A stretch of 64,000 nucleotides of DNA from Candidatus Liptonbacteria bacterium (GTDB taxonomy: Bacteria > Patescibacteriota > Minisyncoccia > UBA6257 > 2-01-FULL-56-20). The translations under genes were made by a program, and so were the position numbers. Below the pieces are notes generated by a model. The model did no database searches. It had not been told where the DNA came from and saw only the letters and a list, made by a program, of their open reading frames with translations. The stretch covers positions 2,193-66,192 of the forward strand of contig JACQKW010000014.1 of assembly GCA_016204385.1 (NCBI GenBank), given 5' to 3'. Position 1 is the stretch's first letter. Each line of letters begins with the position of its first letter. This document shows positions 17,205 to 26,693 of the stretch, in pieces.

Positions 17205-18254
17205 TCAGAGAATGCGGGAGAGGAAAAAGATCACGAGGCCGAACGACGAGGAGAGCGCAGAGATTATCCAAAACCTCATGGTGACCTGGGACTCGGGCCA
17301 GCCGAGCGCCTCAAAATGGTGGTGGATCGGCGTGGAGAGAAACAATTTTTTCCCGCGCAATTTCTTGCTCACCATCTGCCCGAGCACGGAAAGCGATTCT
17401 ATGACGAGGATGACCGCGAAGAACGGGAGGAGGAGCGTGGTATTCGTGAGCATCGAGATGACCCCGAGGGTGATGCCGAGCGACATCGAGCCAGTATCGC
17501 CCATAAAGAACCGCGCGGGATATATGTTATACCAGAGGAACGCGAGTAGCGCGCCGATCACGACGCCGCCGAACGCCGCAAGATCGAAGCGCTGAAGTAC
17601 GAATGCAACGGTCGTGAGCGCCGCGAACGCAAAAAGAAGCACTCCTCCCAAGAGGCCGTCCAGACCATCCGCTTCATTTGCGGAAAACGCGCTCGCGACA
17701 ATGATGAAAAGGAAGATCGGTATGTACCACACGCCAATGCTCACATTCCCGAAAAAAGGGACGGTGAGAATATCCCAATCGAGCCGAAAGTAGAACCACC
17801 ACGCTCCCGCCGCGGCGACACACGCGTAGAGCATGAGCTTGTGCCGAATCTTCAAGCCGCCGCCGCGTGCTCCTCCCCACTTCCTCACGCCAAGCCAGTC
17901 ATCCCACAGGCCAAGCACGGCGGCGACCGCCAAAAACGCAAGCGGGAGATAGGTTTCCGCGCGGTTAATAAAATTAAGGTAGCCCCATCCCCCATCCAAG
18001 AAGTAGTCGAGAATCCCGAAAATCGCCGCGAGGCCGAGTACCGTAGTCCATATAATCACTCCGCCGCCCGTAGGAGTCCCTTCCTTCTTCTCGTGAAATT
18101 TGTTGAATACCGGCGCATTGCTCGCCGAGCGAATCTGCTTTACAAACCTGTTTTTTTTAAGCGACGATATCCAGAACGGCGTCGCGATAAGCGCGAACAA
18201 AAACGAAATGGTAGTAAGAATAATGATGCGAACTGCCTGCCCTACTTCCATCAT
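17205..18254 (-). CDS. mraY: Phospho-N-acetylmuramoyl-pentapeptide transferase
   Basis: Polytopic membrane protein with NEADGLDGL and FMGDTGS motifs. Confidence 0.9.
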   Translation of the reverse strand: MMEVGQAVRIIILTTISFLFALIATPFWISSLKKNRFVKQIRSASNAPVFNKFHEKKEGTPTGGGVIIWTTVLGLAAIFGILDYFLDGGWGYLNFINRAETYLPLAFLAVAAVLGLWDDWLGVRKWGGARGGGLKIRHKLMLYACVAAAGAWWFYFRLDWDILTVPFFGNVSIGVWYIPIFLFIIVASAFSANEADGLDGLLGGVLLFAFAALTTVAFVLQRFDLAAFGGVVIGALLAFLWYNIYPARFFMGDTGSMSLGITLGVISMLTNTTLLLPFFAVILVIESLSVLGQMVSKKLRGKKLFLSTPIHHHFEALGWPESQVTMRFWIISALSSSFGLVIFFLSRIL

Positions 18255-19273
18255 GGCGAAGAACGCGAAACCGCCGATGGTTCGACCCAGTAATGCTCCG
18301 TGAACCAGTCGAAAAGTTTTTCCGTGTCCCCGAAACGATCGAGCGTTCCGAGCGCCGCGACCACGAACGGCCTGCCTCTCCAGGAAAACACCGTGAGAAG
18401 ATTTCCGGTCGCCTCGTCGGTGTACCCCGTCTTTCCCCCGAGAAACCGAAGCTCTCCGGAAAATGCGTTGCTATTCGAAATAGAGCGAAGGGTGTTCGTG
18501 TGAAGCTCGGTCACCACGACCGTCGGATTCCGCGTCACGGAAAAGAGCGCAGGGTATTCTTCAAAAATTTTCCGCGCAAGCGTTACGAGATCGCGCGCGG
18601 TTGATTGATTTGCCGCGGAAAGCCCCGTCGGCTCCTGAAAGGACGTGTCACTCATTCCCCATTCCTTTGCGCGGGCATTCATCTCGGATACGAACGCCTC
18701 GCGGCCGTACTGACGAGCGAGCGCGAGCGCTGCCTCGTTGCGTGAGGCAACAAGGGCAAGTTTCAAGAGATCCCTCGCCCGATATTCATCCCCGATAAGG
18801 AGGCCGCTCGCGCTGCTCTCGGGTGAAAAATCAGACGCGGTAAGCGCAATCGGCGCTTCGGACTGGATGCGATCGGCCGCGATGACCGCGGTCATTAATT
18901 TTGTGATTGATGCAATGGGCCATCGCGCGCCGGACGCCCGGCTTGCATATAGTTCCTCGGTCGCCAAGTCGGCAACCACATACGAAGACGCCTCGAGTGC
19001 GGGCGGCAATCCGGCCTTGCGGGGATAAAATGCCCGACCCACGGCGCGAAATACGGAGCCCAATGACGCAAGCCCCGACCGCGCTTCGGAGAGCGCCGCG
19101 CCTGGTTCGCCCTCGATCGGCTCCGTCCCCGCGATCGGCCGGGCGACAACCGCAAATGCGCCTCGCTGCGCTTTTTTCTCCGCCGGGAAATCCCCCCTCG
19201 AGTAATGGCCTCCAAGCACTACCGCCCCCGCGAGCGCGACCAAGAAAATCAATGTTTGGACGTTGCGGCTCAT
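18251..19273 (-). CDS. D-alanyl-D-alanine carboxypeptidase (serine-type)
   Basis: SxxK (SITKLMT), SxN (ASRNEA) and KTG (GGKTGYT) motifs. N-terminal signal/TM. Confidence 0.8.
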   Translation of the reverse strand: MSRNVQTLIFLVALAGAVVLGGHYSRGDFPAEKKAQRGAFAVVARPIAGTEPIEGEPGAALSEARSGLASLGSVFRAVGRAFYPRKAGLPPALEASSYVVADLATEELYASRASGARWPIASITKLMTAVIAADRIQSEAPIALTASDFSPESSASGLLIGDEYRARDLLKLALVASRNEAALALARQYGREAFVSEMNARAKEWGMSDTSFQEPTGLSAANQSTARDLVTLARKIFEEYPALFSVTRNPTVVVTELHTNTLRSISNSNAFSGELRFLGGKTGYTDEATGNLLTVFSWRGRPFVVAALGTLDRFGDTEKLFDWFTEHYWVEPSAVSRSSP

Positions 19274-19282
19274 GGAAGAGAT

Positions 19283-19849
19283 CTACGTGGTATGCTCCGG
19301 AGACGTTTCAAACACTTTACGGAGAGACTGGTATCTTTCATATTCGGGCAGTTCTTCCTTCTTTGCGACGCCGAGGTGCTTTAAGAGTTCCGCGCTTGGC
19401 TCATAGAGAACGCTGTCTCCCTCGCTCGAATCCGCCGCGCGCTCGAGGAGCCCCCGCATCAGAAGGTTCCGGAGCGTAAAGCTGGAATTCACGCCCCGCA
19501 GATACTCTATCCGGCTTCTCGCAATCGGCCCGAGATAGGCAACGATCGAGAGCGTCTCTAAGCTCGCGGGAGTAAGATCGCGGCTCATCTCCTCCTTTAT
19601 GAACCTCGCGAGCATTTCGCCAAAATCGGGTTTCGTGACCAGTTGCACCCGGCCTTTGAGATGCATAAGCGAGAGCCCCCGCGCGGAATCCTCTAGGCGT
19701 TCCGCGAGAGCGCCCACGAGCGCGGTAACTTCTTCCGCTCTCACCTCGAGCGCCTCGGCGATTTTCTCGTCCGTAATCGGCTCGCCATGGATGAAAAGGA
19801 GCGCTTCGAGCCTCGCAAGTTTCTGATCCGTACTGCGTTCGATGTCCAT
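19283..19849 (-). CDS. scpB: Segregation and condensation protein B
   Basis: LEALLFIHGEPI... and tandem winged-helix layout; adjacent to scpA. Confidence 0.8.
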   Translation of the reverse strand: MDIERSTDQKLARLEALLFIHGEPITDEKIAEALEVRAEEVTALVGALAERLEDSARGLSLMHLKGRVQLVTKPDFGEMLARFIKEEMSRDLTPASLETLSIVAYLGPIARSRIEYLRGVNSSFTLRNLLMRGLLERAADSSEGDSVLYEPSAELLKHLGVAKKEELPEYERYQSLRKVFETSPEHTT

Positions 19850-19853
19850 ACAA

Positions 19854-20588
19854 TTATTTCTTTTCCCCTGACCGTATCAGTATATCAGAAAAATCCGAGC
19901 TTTGTTCAAGCACTACGCGGCTTTCGCGCGCAAGATGAAGCAGCGCCAAAAAGATCACGATTATCTCGGAGCGGGATTTTTTATCCGAAAGATTGGTAAA
20001 CGTGTGCTCGCTCCCCCTCTCGAGCCGGCGTATTATTTCCTGGATTTTTTCTTCGAGCGTAACCGCGGCGTCTTCGATTTTCTGCGTTTCGCGCGAGAAC
20101 GTTTGGAATATCTCTGCAATTGCCCCGAGCGCACGCGAGAGACGCCCGGCGTCCGTGGTGCGGCCGGGGTGAAATATGGGGGGTTCGTCCTCGGCGCTCC
20201 GGACGGCGCCTCGGATGAGGAAATACGGCCTGCTGACCGCCATGCGCTTTGCGCGCCACAGCTTCATGAGTATCCTCTGCGCGGGCTGAAGCTCGCGATA
20301 TAACTTCAGGCGCGCTTCAAGTTCGCGAATTTCCCCCTCCTCCTCCGCGGTCACGCGAAAATCGGGAAGGAGCGATCTTGATTTTATGAGCACGAGGCGG
20401 CTCGCTACCACTATGAAATCGGTGAGCATTCTTGCCTCAACGCGCTCAAGCTTCCGAATGTAGTTCAGAAAATCGTTCGTGACCTTTGCAAGGCTGATCT
20501 CGTTGATCTCGAGCTTTTGCTCCTCGATAAGCTCGAGTAATTTGTGGAGCGGCCCGCTGAATTGTTCAAGGGTGAGCTCGTACGTCAT
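19854..20588 (-). CDS. scpA: Segregation and condensation protein A
   Basis: LEQFSGPLHKLLELIEEQKLEINEISLAKVTNDFL is a typical ScpA N-terminus. Confidence 0.8.
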   Translation of the reverse strand: MTYELTLEQFSGPLHKLLELIEEQKLEINEISLAKVTNDFLNYIRKLERVEARMLTDFIVVASRLVLIKSRSLLPDFRVTAEEEGEIRELEARLKLYRELQPAQRILMKLWRAKRMAVSRPYFLIRGAVRSAEDEPPIFHPGRTTDAGRLSRALGAIAEIFQTFSRETQKIEDAAVTLEEKIQEIIRRLERGSEHTFTNLSDKKSRSEIIVIFLALLHLARESRVVLEQSSDFSDILIRSGEKK

Positions 20589-20642
20589 TCACGTGGAAAT
20601 TTACGAGATGTAGCAATCGGCATACTATTCATACTTTGTGTA

Positions 20643-21932
20643 TCATTCATCGCCCGCCGACTCGAGCGCGCCTTCGGTATATTTGTTTGCCGGGTCCCAC
20701 AAGAGCCACCCCGCATAACGATCGGTGCTCGAGCCCCGAACGAGCGCGTCTTCGGTCGCCCGAATCTCTGCGCGCACCATTGTCTCATCGTACATCGCTC
20801 CAAGATCAAAATCCTGAAGCCACGGGCGAAGCTTTGCTCTTAGAGAGCGTATGGCGAATGGCGTGGAAGATGCCGTTGAACTTGCATTCAAGATATTCGT
20901 CAATCGCCCGATCTTTGAGAGCGCATTGTCCATCGAATATTTCACCACCTCATACGGATAGGCGGCGGGATTCTTGTACCCGAGGAATCCGGGCGCGTAG
21001 TGCGAGGGATATACCATAGGAGAAACAAAATCAAAATATTCATACGCGGATTCGATGACCTGCCCGATACCCAAGTCCCCTTTGTTTACCGTAGTAAGCC
21101 CGAAGAGGTCCGCGGAAATTTTCGCTCCCGGGAGGCGGGAACGCAGAAACGAAAAAAAATCGCGCATCACGTCTGCTTTCGGCGTGCGCTCGTCCCAGAC
21201 GGGGTGCGCGATGCGTTCAAGATCGCCGTCAGATGCGAAACGCACATAATCGAAATTAATTTCATCAAAGCCGCGGGAGAGCGCGTCTTCGGCGATCGCC
21301 GCATTGTATTCCCACACCTCGCGCGACGCGGAATCCATCCATGCAAGCCCTTTTCGATCAGTCCATGCCTCGCCGGTGGATGTATCCCTGAGCGCAAGTT
21401 CGGGGCGCGCTTTGGCGAGCACCGAATCCTGAAATACCGACACCCGCCCGATGACATACACGCCCCTGTCGTGCAGGTCTTTAATGAGGCGGTGGGGATA
21501 CCGGATTCGTATATCGTCCTCCGCGCCCGCGGCAAGAACCTGCGCAAGCCCCGTGCGGTACGCCACAGAGCCGGAAAAATCTTTGATGTCAATGACGACG
21601 CCGTTGAGCTCCGTCCCCTCAAGCAAGTCCGTGACCCGCTTCATCGTGAGAGGAGCGCCCGCAGACCAGCTCGTGAGGTAGATCCCCTTTACGATCTCCG
21701 GGGGGTTTGGAAGGGGCACCTGCTTCGGGATATCTTCGTTCTCCTGCGGTTCCGCCCGCGCTCGAGGCGCGTTCCGGGAGGCGCCGGAGGAGAGCACGTC
21801 CACGATCGCGGGATCAGTGACGCCCGAAAGGCCCTCCGAGACCACGGTAATCGTGTTCCGGGGCGCGAACACCGCGAGTATGCCGAAGAGAAGCAGCGCG
21901 AGCGCTGCGGAAAGAATGAGCGTGATGCGCAT
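20643..21932 (-). CDS. Putative glycoside-hydrolase-like TIM-barrel protein, membrane anchored
   Basis: N-terminal TM, then GIYLTSWSAG...NGVVIDIKDFSGSVAYRT...NFDYVRF, reminiscent of the DUF4015-type putative glycoside hydrolases. Family call is from memory only. Confidence 0.55.
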   Translation of the reverse strand: MRITLILSAALALLLFGILAVFAPRNTITVVSEGLSGVTDPAIVDVLSSGASRNAPRARAEPQENEDIPKQVPLPNPPEIVKGIYLTSWSAGAPLTMKRVTDLLEGTELNGVVIDIKDFSGSVAYRTGLAQVLAAGAEDDIRIRYPHRLIKDLHDRGVYVIGRVSVFQDSVLAKARPELALRDTSTGEAWTDRKGLAWMDSASREVWEYNAAIAEDALSRGFDEINFDYVRFASDGDLERIAHPVWDERTPKADVMRDFFSFLRSRLPGAKISADLFGLTTVNKGDLGIGQVIESAYEYFDFVSPMVYPSHYAPGFLGYKNPAAYPYEVVKYSMDNALSKIGRLTNILNASSTASSTPFAIRSLRAKLRPWLQDFDLGAMYDETMVRAEIRATEDALVRGSSTDRYAGWLLWDPANKYTEGALESAGDE

Positions 21933-22020
21933 GCAAGAAAAGAGTACGTGCGGCAGAAGGCGACAATTTCAAGTATCATACCGCCGAAAGTTGCGGTTCG
22001 CAACGGCTTTCACCTATACT

Positions 22021-23142
22021 ATGCGAGGAATGTCCCTCTCATTTTACCGGAAATACAGGCCGAAAACGCTCGGCGATCTCCTTGGCCAGGAAACCAACCG
22101 CGATATCTTGCGAAGCGCGGCAAAGCAAAACCGGATCGGCCACGCATATCTCTTTTACGGCCCGCGAGGCACGGGGAAAACGACGACGGCAAGGATCCTC
22201 GCAAAACTCCTGAATTGCGAAACGCGCGCAGGCGATGCGGCGTTTCGCGCGCAGGGCGAGCCCTGCAACTCGTGCGGCACATGCATCGCAATTGACCGCG
22301 GCACCGCGCTCGATCTTATCGAGATTGACGCGGCCTCAAACCGCGGCATTGACGAAATCCGCAATCTCAAAGAAGGCATCTACACGAGCCCCGCAGAGAA
22401 CCAGTACAAAGTGTATATCATTGACGAAGCGCATATGCTCACCCGCGAAGCGATGAATGCGCTCCTCAAAACGCTCGAAGAGCCTCCGCGCCACGCCGCG
22501 CTCATTCTCGCCACCACCGAATTCGAAAAGCTTCCTCCAACGATCACCTCCCGCACACAGCGTTTCCTTTTCAAAAAAATCCCAAAACAGGCCATAGTTG
22601 AGAAGCTGAAGGTGATCGCGGACGCCGAGCGCATACGCATCGAACCGGCCGCGCTTGAGCTTATCGCCGCGGCGGGAGAAGGCAGTTTTCGCGACGCAGA
22701 ATCGCTTCTCGACCAGATAGCAGCCGCCGAGGAACACATCACGCTTGCGGCCGCGGAGCGCATCTCGGGAAAAGCGGGCGCCGCAAAGGTGCGCGCGCTC
22801 GCGGGGCTGATCTTCGCGAGGGATTTAAAGGGAAGCCTTGCGTATCTCGCGGGGCTCCACGAGGAAGGGCAGAATATCGTGAATTTCACGAAAGATCTCA
22901 TTCATTACTTGAGAAAAGCAGTCACGCTCAAACTGAACCCCTCCCTCGAAAAATTTTACCGCGATGAATTTGCCGAGCATGAACTCTCCGAGCTTGTAGC
23001 CCTTGCGTCTTCCGCAGACGCGCGCGTCCACATACCATTCCTCAAAGCGCTCATCCGGGCATATGGAGAAATGCGCTACAGCCCGCTCGCGATCGTGCCG
23101 ATCGAGATCGCAATCGTCGAGCACTTACAATCCGAAGCGTAG
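22021..23142 (+). CDS. dnaX: DNA polymerase III subunit gamma/tau (short)
   Basis: YRKYRPKTLGDLLGQE, Walker A GPRGTGKTTTARI, Zn module CNSCGTC, and DEAHML. Start set to the ATG at 22021. Confidence 0.85.
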   Translation: MRGMSLSFYRKYRPKTLGDLLGQETNRDILRSAAKQNRIGHAYLFYGPRGTGKTTTARILAKLLNCETRAGDAAFRAQGEPCNSCGTCIAIDRGTALDLIEIDAASNRGIDEIRNLKEGIYTSPAENQYKVYIIDEAHMLTREAMNALLKTLEEPPRHAALILATTEFEKLPPTITSRTQRFLFKKIPKQAIVEKLKVIADAERIRIEPAALELIAAAGEGSFRDAESLLDQIAAAEEHITLAAAERISGKAGAAKVRALAGLIFARDLKGSLAYLAGLHEEGQNIVNFTKDLIHYLRKAVTLKLNPSLEKFYRDEFAEHELSELVALASSADARVHIPFLKALIRAYGEMRYSPLAIVPIEIAIVEHLQSEA

Positions 23143-23163
23143 TTTTTCTCCCCGGCATTTCCC

Positions 23164-24138
23164 CTACTCGAGCGCGGGAAGGAGCAGCGGGCCGAAACTC
23201 TCCACGACGGCCCCCGAACCAGATTTTGCATCCAAGCGGTAGTAGCGCGGAACGTGAAGCGTATGATCGAGAATTCTGAAGGCATACGCCTGACCGGGGT
23301 TTATGCTCTCCTTCTCATCCAATTTTTCCCACGGGCCGTTCTCTCCTTCCGATCGGTAGACAACCACCGCGACCGTGCTTGAAGGCAAATTCTGCCATCC
23401 GATCTCGATCCGCTTGTCCGCGTGAAGAACCCAAAATTGCCCCGTCGCGCTCTCGCACGGCCCCGCAACCTGCCCCGAGGGCGTATAGCAATAATTTCCG
23501 TCCGTACCCCCCGATCCTCCGCCTCCTCCCGCGGGAACGCCTCCCGCTGTTCCGCCGCCTGCGGGCGTAGTGCCCCCTTCGGCCGGGCTACTTCCCGCGG
23601 GAGGGACGCCCGCACCCCCTTCGCCGCCTCCGCTTTGTCCCGCACCCGCGCCTGAACCGGGAGGCGCCGCAGTATCCCCGCTTCCCGCTCCGGGGAGAAC
23701 AGGGGGCGTTTCTCCGGGGACTATTGCTCCGGATTCCCAAAGCGCATTGCCGTCCGCATCAACCGCCTTTACAAGGTACTTATAGGCGAGGGGGTCATCC
23801 TCGCTCTCAAAAATTTTAATCTCGACGACTTCCGTATCGCAGCCGGGGAAGACCCTTTTTGTCTTCCAGAGGAGCCACCGGGTCTCGGTAAGTTTTGATC
23901 TGAAGATTTGAATGTCAGCGGTGCCTTCCGGGATGTTATTGCAGCGAAGAAAAAGCGAGGAAGCATCTTCGCTTCTCCAGAGGTCGGCGGAGGGCCCGGC
24001 GGGGACGGGCGCGGGCCGTGCGTCATCCAATCCGAAGAAATCGGGCTGGGAACGCGAGACGAGAAAGAACACGAGCGCGCCCAAGGCGGCAAACACTATT
24101 AGGAGCCCGAAAATATAGTAGTACTTGAGCGAGCTCAT
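23164..24138 (-). CDS. Membrane-anchored protein with two beta-rich domains split by a Gly/Pro/Ala linker (last gene of the pilus operon)
   Basis: N-terminal TM YYYIFGLLIVFAALGALVFFLV and a low-complexity linker PGAGSGDTAAPPGSGAGAGQSGGGEGGAG.... Only 11 nt downstream of the pilin gene. Confidence 0.6.
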   Translation of the reverse strand: MSSLKYYYIFGLLIVFAALGALVFFLVSRSQPDFFGLDDARPAPVPAGPSADLWRSEDASSLFLRCNNIPEGTADIQIFRSKLTETRWLLWKTKRVFPGCDTEVVEIKIFESEDDPLAYKYLVKAVDADGNALWESGAIVPGETPPVLPGAGSGDTAAPPGSGAGAGQSGGGEGGAGVPPAGSSPAEGGTTPAGGGTAGGVPAGGGGGSGGTDGNYCYTPSGQVAGPCESATGQFWVLHADKRIEIGWQNLPSSTVAVVVYRSEGENGPWEKLDEKESINPGQAYAFRILDHTLHVPRYYRLDAKSGSGAVVESFGPLLLPALE

Positions 24139-24149
24139 TGTGCCGTCTG

Positions 24150-24647
24150 TCAGCGCGTCACGGATACCGTCTGCCCGGCCTCCGCGAACGGGGCCGAGAC
24201 GGTGATCTCGCCGCTCGATGCGTTCTTCACCACCTGATACCCGGTGTCATAATCGGAGATGCTTGCATAATGCGCGCCGGAGGCCGACGGGTCGAAGGGA
24301 AGGTTCTGCAGGTAGGACGGTACAAGACAGGGCGCGATATTGTAGTTCCCGGCTCCCACCGCCATTTTTTTGGACGACGTCGGTATATCGCCGCTTGCGC
24401 ACGTAAATATCGCCGTCCTCGTATCGGCAACATTCTGGCGAATCGCGATCACGATCGCATTCACGTGCGAGCGGCGCTCGGAATTCCTTGCCCGGGAAAA
24501 AAGCCCTGCGGGATTCCCCACAATAAAGAACGTTCCGGCAATAATCACTGCGATGCCGACCGCAATCGAGAGCTCGATCAGCGTAAGCCCATTCTTGCCT
24601 CCGCAGAACCCATGTGTATCCGTCCTCGTCCGCATGTGAGTATTCAT
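24150..24647 (-). CDS. Type IV pilin-like protein (prepilin N-terminal domain)
   Basis: KNGLTLIELSIAVGIAVIIAG is a class III signal (G/LTLIE) followed by a hydrophobic helix. The ATG at 24647 overlaps the upstream stop by 1 nt. The ORF-track extension to 24851 is rejected. Confidence 0.75.
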   Translation of the reverse strand: MNTHMRTRTDTHGFCGGKNGLTLIELSIAVGIAVIIAGTFFIVGNPAGLFSRARNSERRSHVNAIVIAIRQNVADTRTAIFTCASGDIPTSSKKMAVGAGNYNIAPCLVPSYLQNLPFDPSASGAHYASISDYDTGYQVVKNASSGEITVSAPFAEAGQTVSVTR

Positions 24648-26080
24648 TATTGTACCTCCTCCCACGAGAGAAGCGTATATTGCTCGCTCGTGAGCGGAAA
24701 GCTCGGCGGCGGGCTGTAGAGAAGGTTGCCGTCGTAGACAAGATTCCTCGTGAGGTAGCCGGTGCCGTCCGTATAGGCAAACCCGTAGCGGATATTCGAC
24801 GCGATCATTCCGAAGGAGGTGATTATTGTTTTCGTGTGATGTGGAGAACACCGCGGAATGGAGGTCGGCGGGCGATAATAGTACCTTCCCACGCGTCCGT
24901 TCTGCGCGACAAGCGCCGCGTCAATGCGCAGATCGGCCTCGCTCGTCATCCCGATATTTATATTGTTCTGCGCAACCAAACTAATCACGTCGCTCCCGTC
25001 ATAGTTGGTGTAGAGTATATCGTTCGTAACGGAAATGCTCGTGCGCGTCGAAGGGTTGTCGGGAAATGTGCCGGAACCGATCGTGAGGCGCGCCGTACTT
25101 ACCTGTCCCCTCACCCACGCGTGATCCTCTAAAAAGATGATGCCGCTCGCGGGGATGGGGTTATTGCCGAGGAGCGCCCTGTTCTGCACGCTCCATGTCC
25201 CCCAGCCAGATTGGCCAAGCAGGTTATTGCACCCGAAGGGCGGCGGCACAAGCCCGGTCACGCGGTACAGGTCAAACGTATCGTCCGTCTTCAACACCAC
25301 CTCATACCCAAGCGCAGTTGATGACGGCCGGTAAAATCCGCTCATGATGGCGTCGGCCTTCATCTGCGAAAGGTCCTGTTTTAACCCGTCAAAGTCAACC
25401 GCGGGCACGGGGAAATTTCTTCCCACGGCGAACACATCCGGCCGGTTCGGAGCGGACGCGGGAGGAGAAGGATCTGCGGGCGCCACGCACGTATGCACCC
25501 CGAGCGAATTCACCGTGCACGCGTCACCATCCGTATCGTTATACGATGCGAGCGCGCTTGTCACGAGGTTGTGCGCAAAACCGTCGAAGCGAATGCCTCC
25601 GTTCGAGTGCACCTCGCCGAACACCTCGGTCCCTCCTCCAAACCGGTTGTTGGCATTCACGACAATCGAATATTTCGCGAACGACGGTATGCCCATCCTG
25701 ACTTTGATCGCTTTCGCGACCGAACTGTCGGCAATGACCCTGCCGGTGCTCTTTACGGTGACGATCGTGGATCCCAGCGGCGGGGCGGTGATCTCGAGCG
25801 TAAACGTTCCAATGTTCACCCCGAGCCGGTCAAAGTAATTGTGCACGTAGGGGCCGGGGCCGCCCGTGCCGTCTTGGTAATCCGCGGGTGCGTGCGCAAG
25901 ATGCCAGCGATAGTATTCGATGCCCGCCTCCGCAATCGTAAACGCCGAGGCCTTGTTCAAGCTCCGCACGGAAAGCTTCAGGAACGACACCGCAAGGAAT
26001 ACGAATCCGCTTAACACCACAACCGCAACGGCCGCGAAGATGATGACTTGGAGCGATATTTGTCCCCTCGTGCGGTTCAT
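24647..26080 (-). CDS. Large pilus-associated protein with PilX-like N-terminal helix (477 aa)
   Basis: MNRTRGQISLQVIIFAAVAVVVLSGFVFLAV... followed by a long Gly/Thr/Asn-rich beta region. Operon context. Confidence 0.65.
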   Translation of the reverse strand: MNRTRGQISLQVIIFAAVAVVVLSGFVFLAVSFLKLSVRSLNKASAFTIAEAGIEYYRWHLAHAPADYQDGTGGPGPYVHNYFDRLGVNIGTFTLEITAPPLGSTIVTVKSTGRVIADSSVAKAIKVRMGIPSFAKYSIVVNANNRFGGGTEVFGEVHSNGGIRFDGFAHNLVTSALASYNDTDGDACTVNSLGVHTCVAPADPSPPASAPNRPDVFAVGRNFPVPAVDFDGLKQDLSQMKADAIMSGFYRPSSTALGYEVVLKTDDTFDLYRVTGLVPPPFGCNNLLGQSGWGTWSVQNRALLGNNPIPASGIIFLEDHAWVRGQVSTARLTIGSGTFPDNPSTRTSISVTNDILYTNYDGSDVISLVAQNNINIGMTSEADLRIDAALVAQNGRVGRYYYRPPTSIPRCSPHHTKTIITSFGMIASNIRYGFAYTDGTGYLTRNLVYDGNLLYSPPPSFPLTSEQYTLLSWEEVQ

Positions 26081-26087
26081 AAATTCT

Positions 26088-26693
26088 TCATTTCCCTCTT
26101 AGATTTCTTATGTTCACGAGATCAGAAAAGAGAACCGGCTTGGGAGCCCGCGGGCTCGCGTCGGCGAACACCTGTACCTTCACCATGCGGATGTTCGAGA
26201 TGACGAGGGGGTACGAAAGCGGCGCCCCGGAACCGGTGAAATTCTTATCGTAATACTCGAATATCGGCGCTGTGGTCGAGACCACTTTTTCGACCGCAAT
26301 CGCAATTGTTTCCGTGCTCGTCGCGTACACGAGCGGATTGCCTGTTGGCTCGATCACGCCGCGATTGATCGTGCTCGTCGAGAGAGAATAGCGGACTCGC
26401 TCGTAGATGCCGTCGGAATCAATGTCGCTGTAGAACGCGAGCGTGCTCGTGGTCGCTTCTCCGATCGGATACGCGCCCGAATTCGAAGAACCCATCGAGC
26501 GGATCTCGGTCACGAGCACCTGGAAGGTCTGCTCAAGGTCCTGCCGCACCTCGAGTTTCTGGTTCACGAGGTTCTCAAACTGCGAAGTGGTGGTCACAAA
26601 ACTCGAGATCACAAAAAGTACGCCCGCAAAAATCCCCATCACTATCACGATCTCGAGAAATGTAATTCCGCTCCGGCCTCGTGCGTATCTCAT
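26088..26693 (-). CDS. Minor pilin-like protein (prepilin N-terminal domain)
   Basis: RGRSGITFLEIVIVMGIFAGVLFV. The ATG at 26693 overlaps the upstream stop as ATGA. Confidence 0.7.
   Translation of the reverse strand: MRYARGRSGITFLEIVIVMGIFAGVLFVISSFVTTTSQFENLVNQKLEVRQDLEQTFQVLVTEIRSMGSSNSGAYPIGEATTSTLAFYSDIDSDGIYERVRYSLSTSTINRGVIEPTGNPLVYATSTETIAIAVEKVVSTTAPIFEYYDKNFTGSGAPLSYPLVISNIRMVKVQVFADASPRAPKPVLFSDLVNIRNLRGK

Noticed and set aside
21000-22295. 431-aa plus-strand ORF antisense to the glycoside-hydrolase-like gene. Similar long antisense ORFs occur at 7610..8368, 12784..13596, 14727..15632, 39362..40231, 47028..47534 and 49701..50291.
   Set aside because: These are shadow ORFs typical of GC-rich coding DNA. 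Their translations are Arg/Pro/Ala-rich and low in complexity, while the opposite strand carries clear family motifs.
23500-23720. GC-rich repetitive-looking DNA (ggc/gcc/ccg runs) as a possible repeat element.
   Set aside because: It encodes the Gly/Pro/Ala low-complexity linker of the 324-aa pilus-operon protein. It is not a discrete nucleotide repeat.
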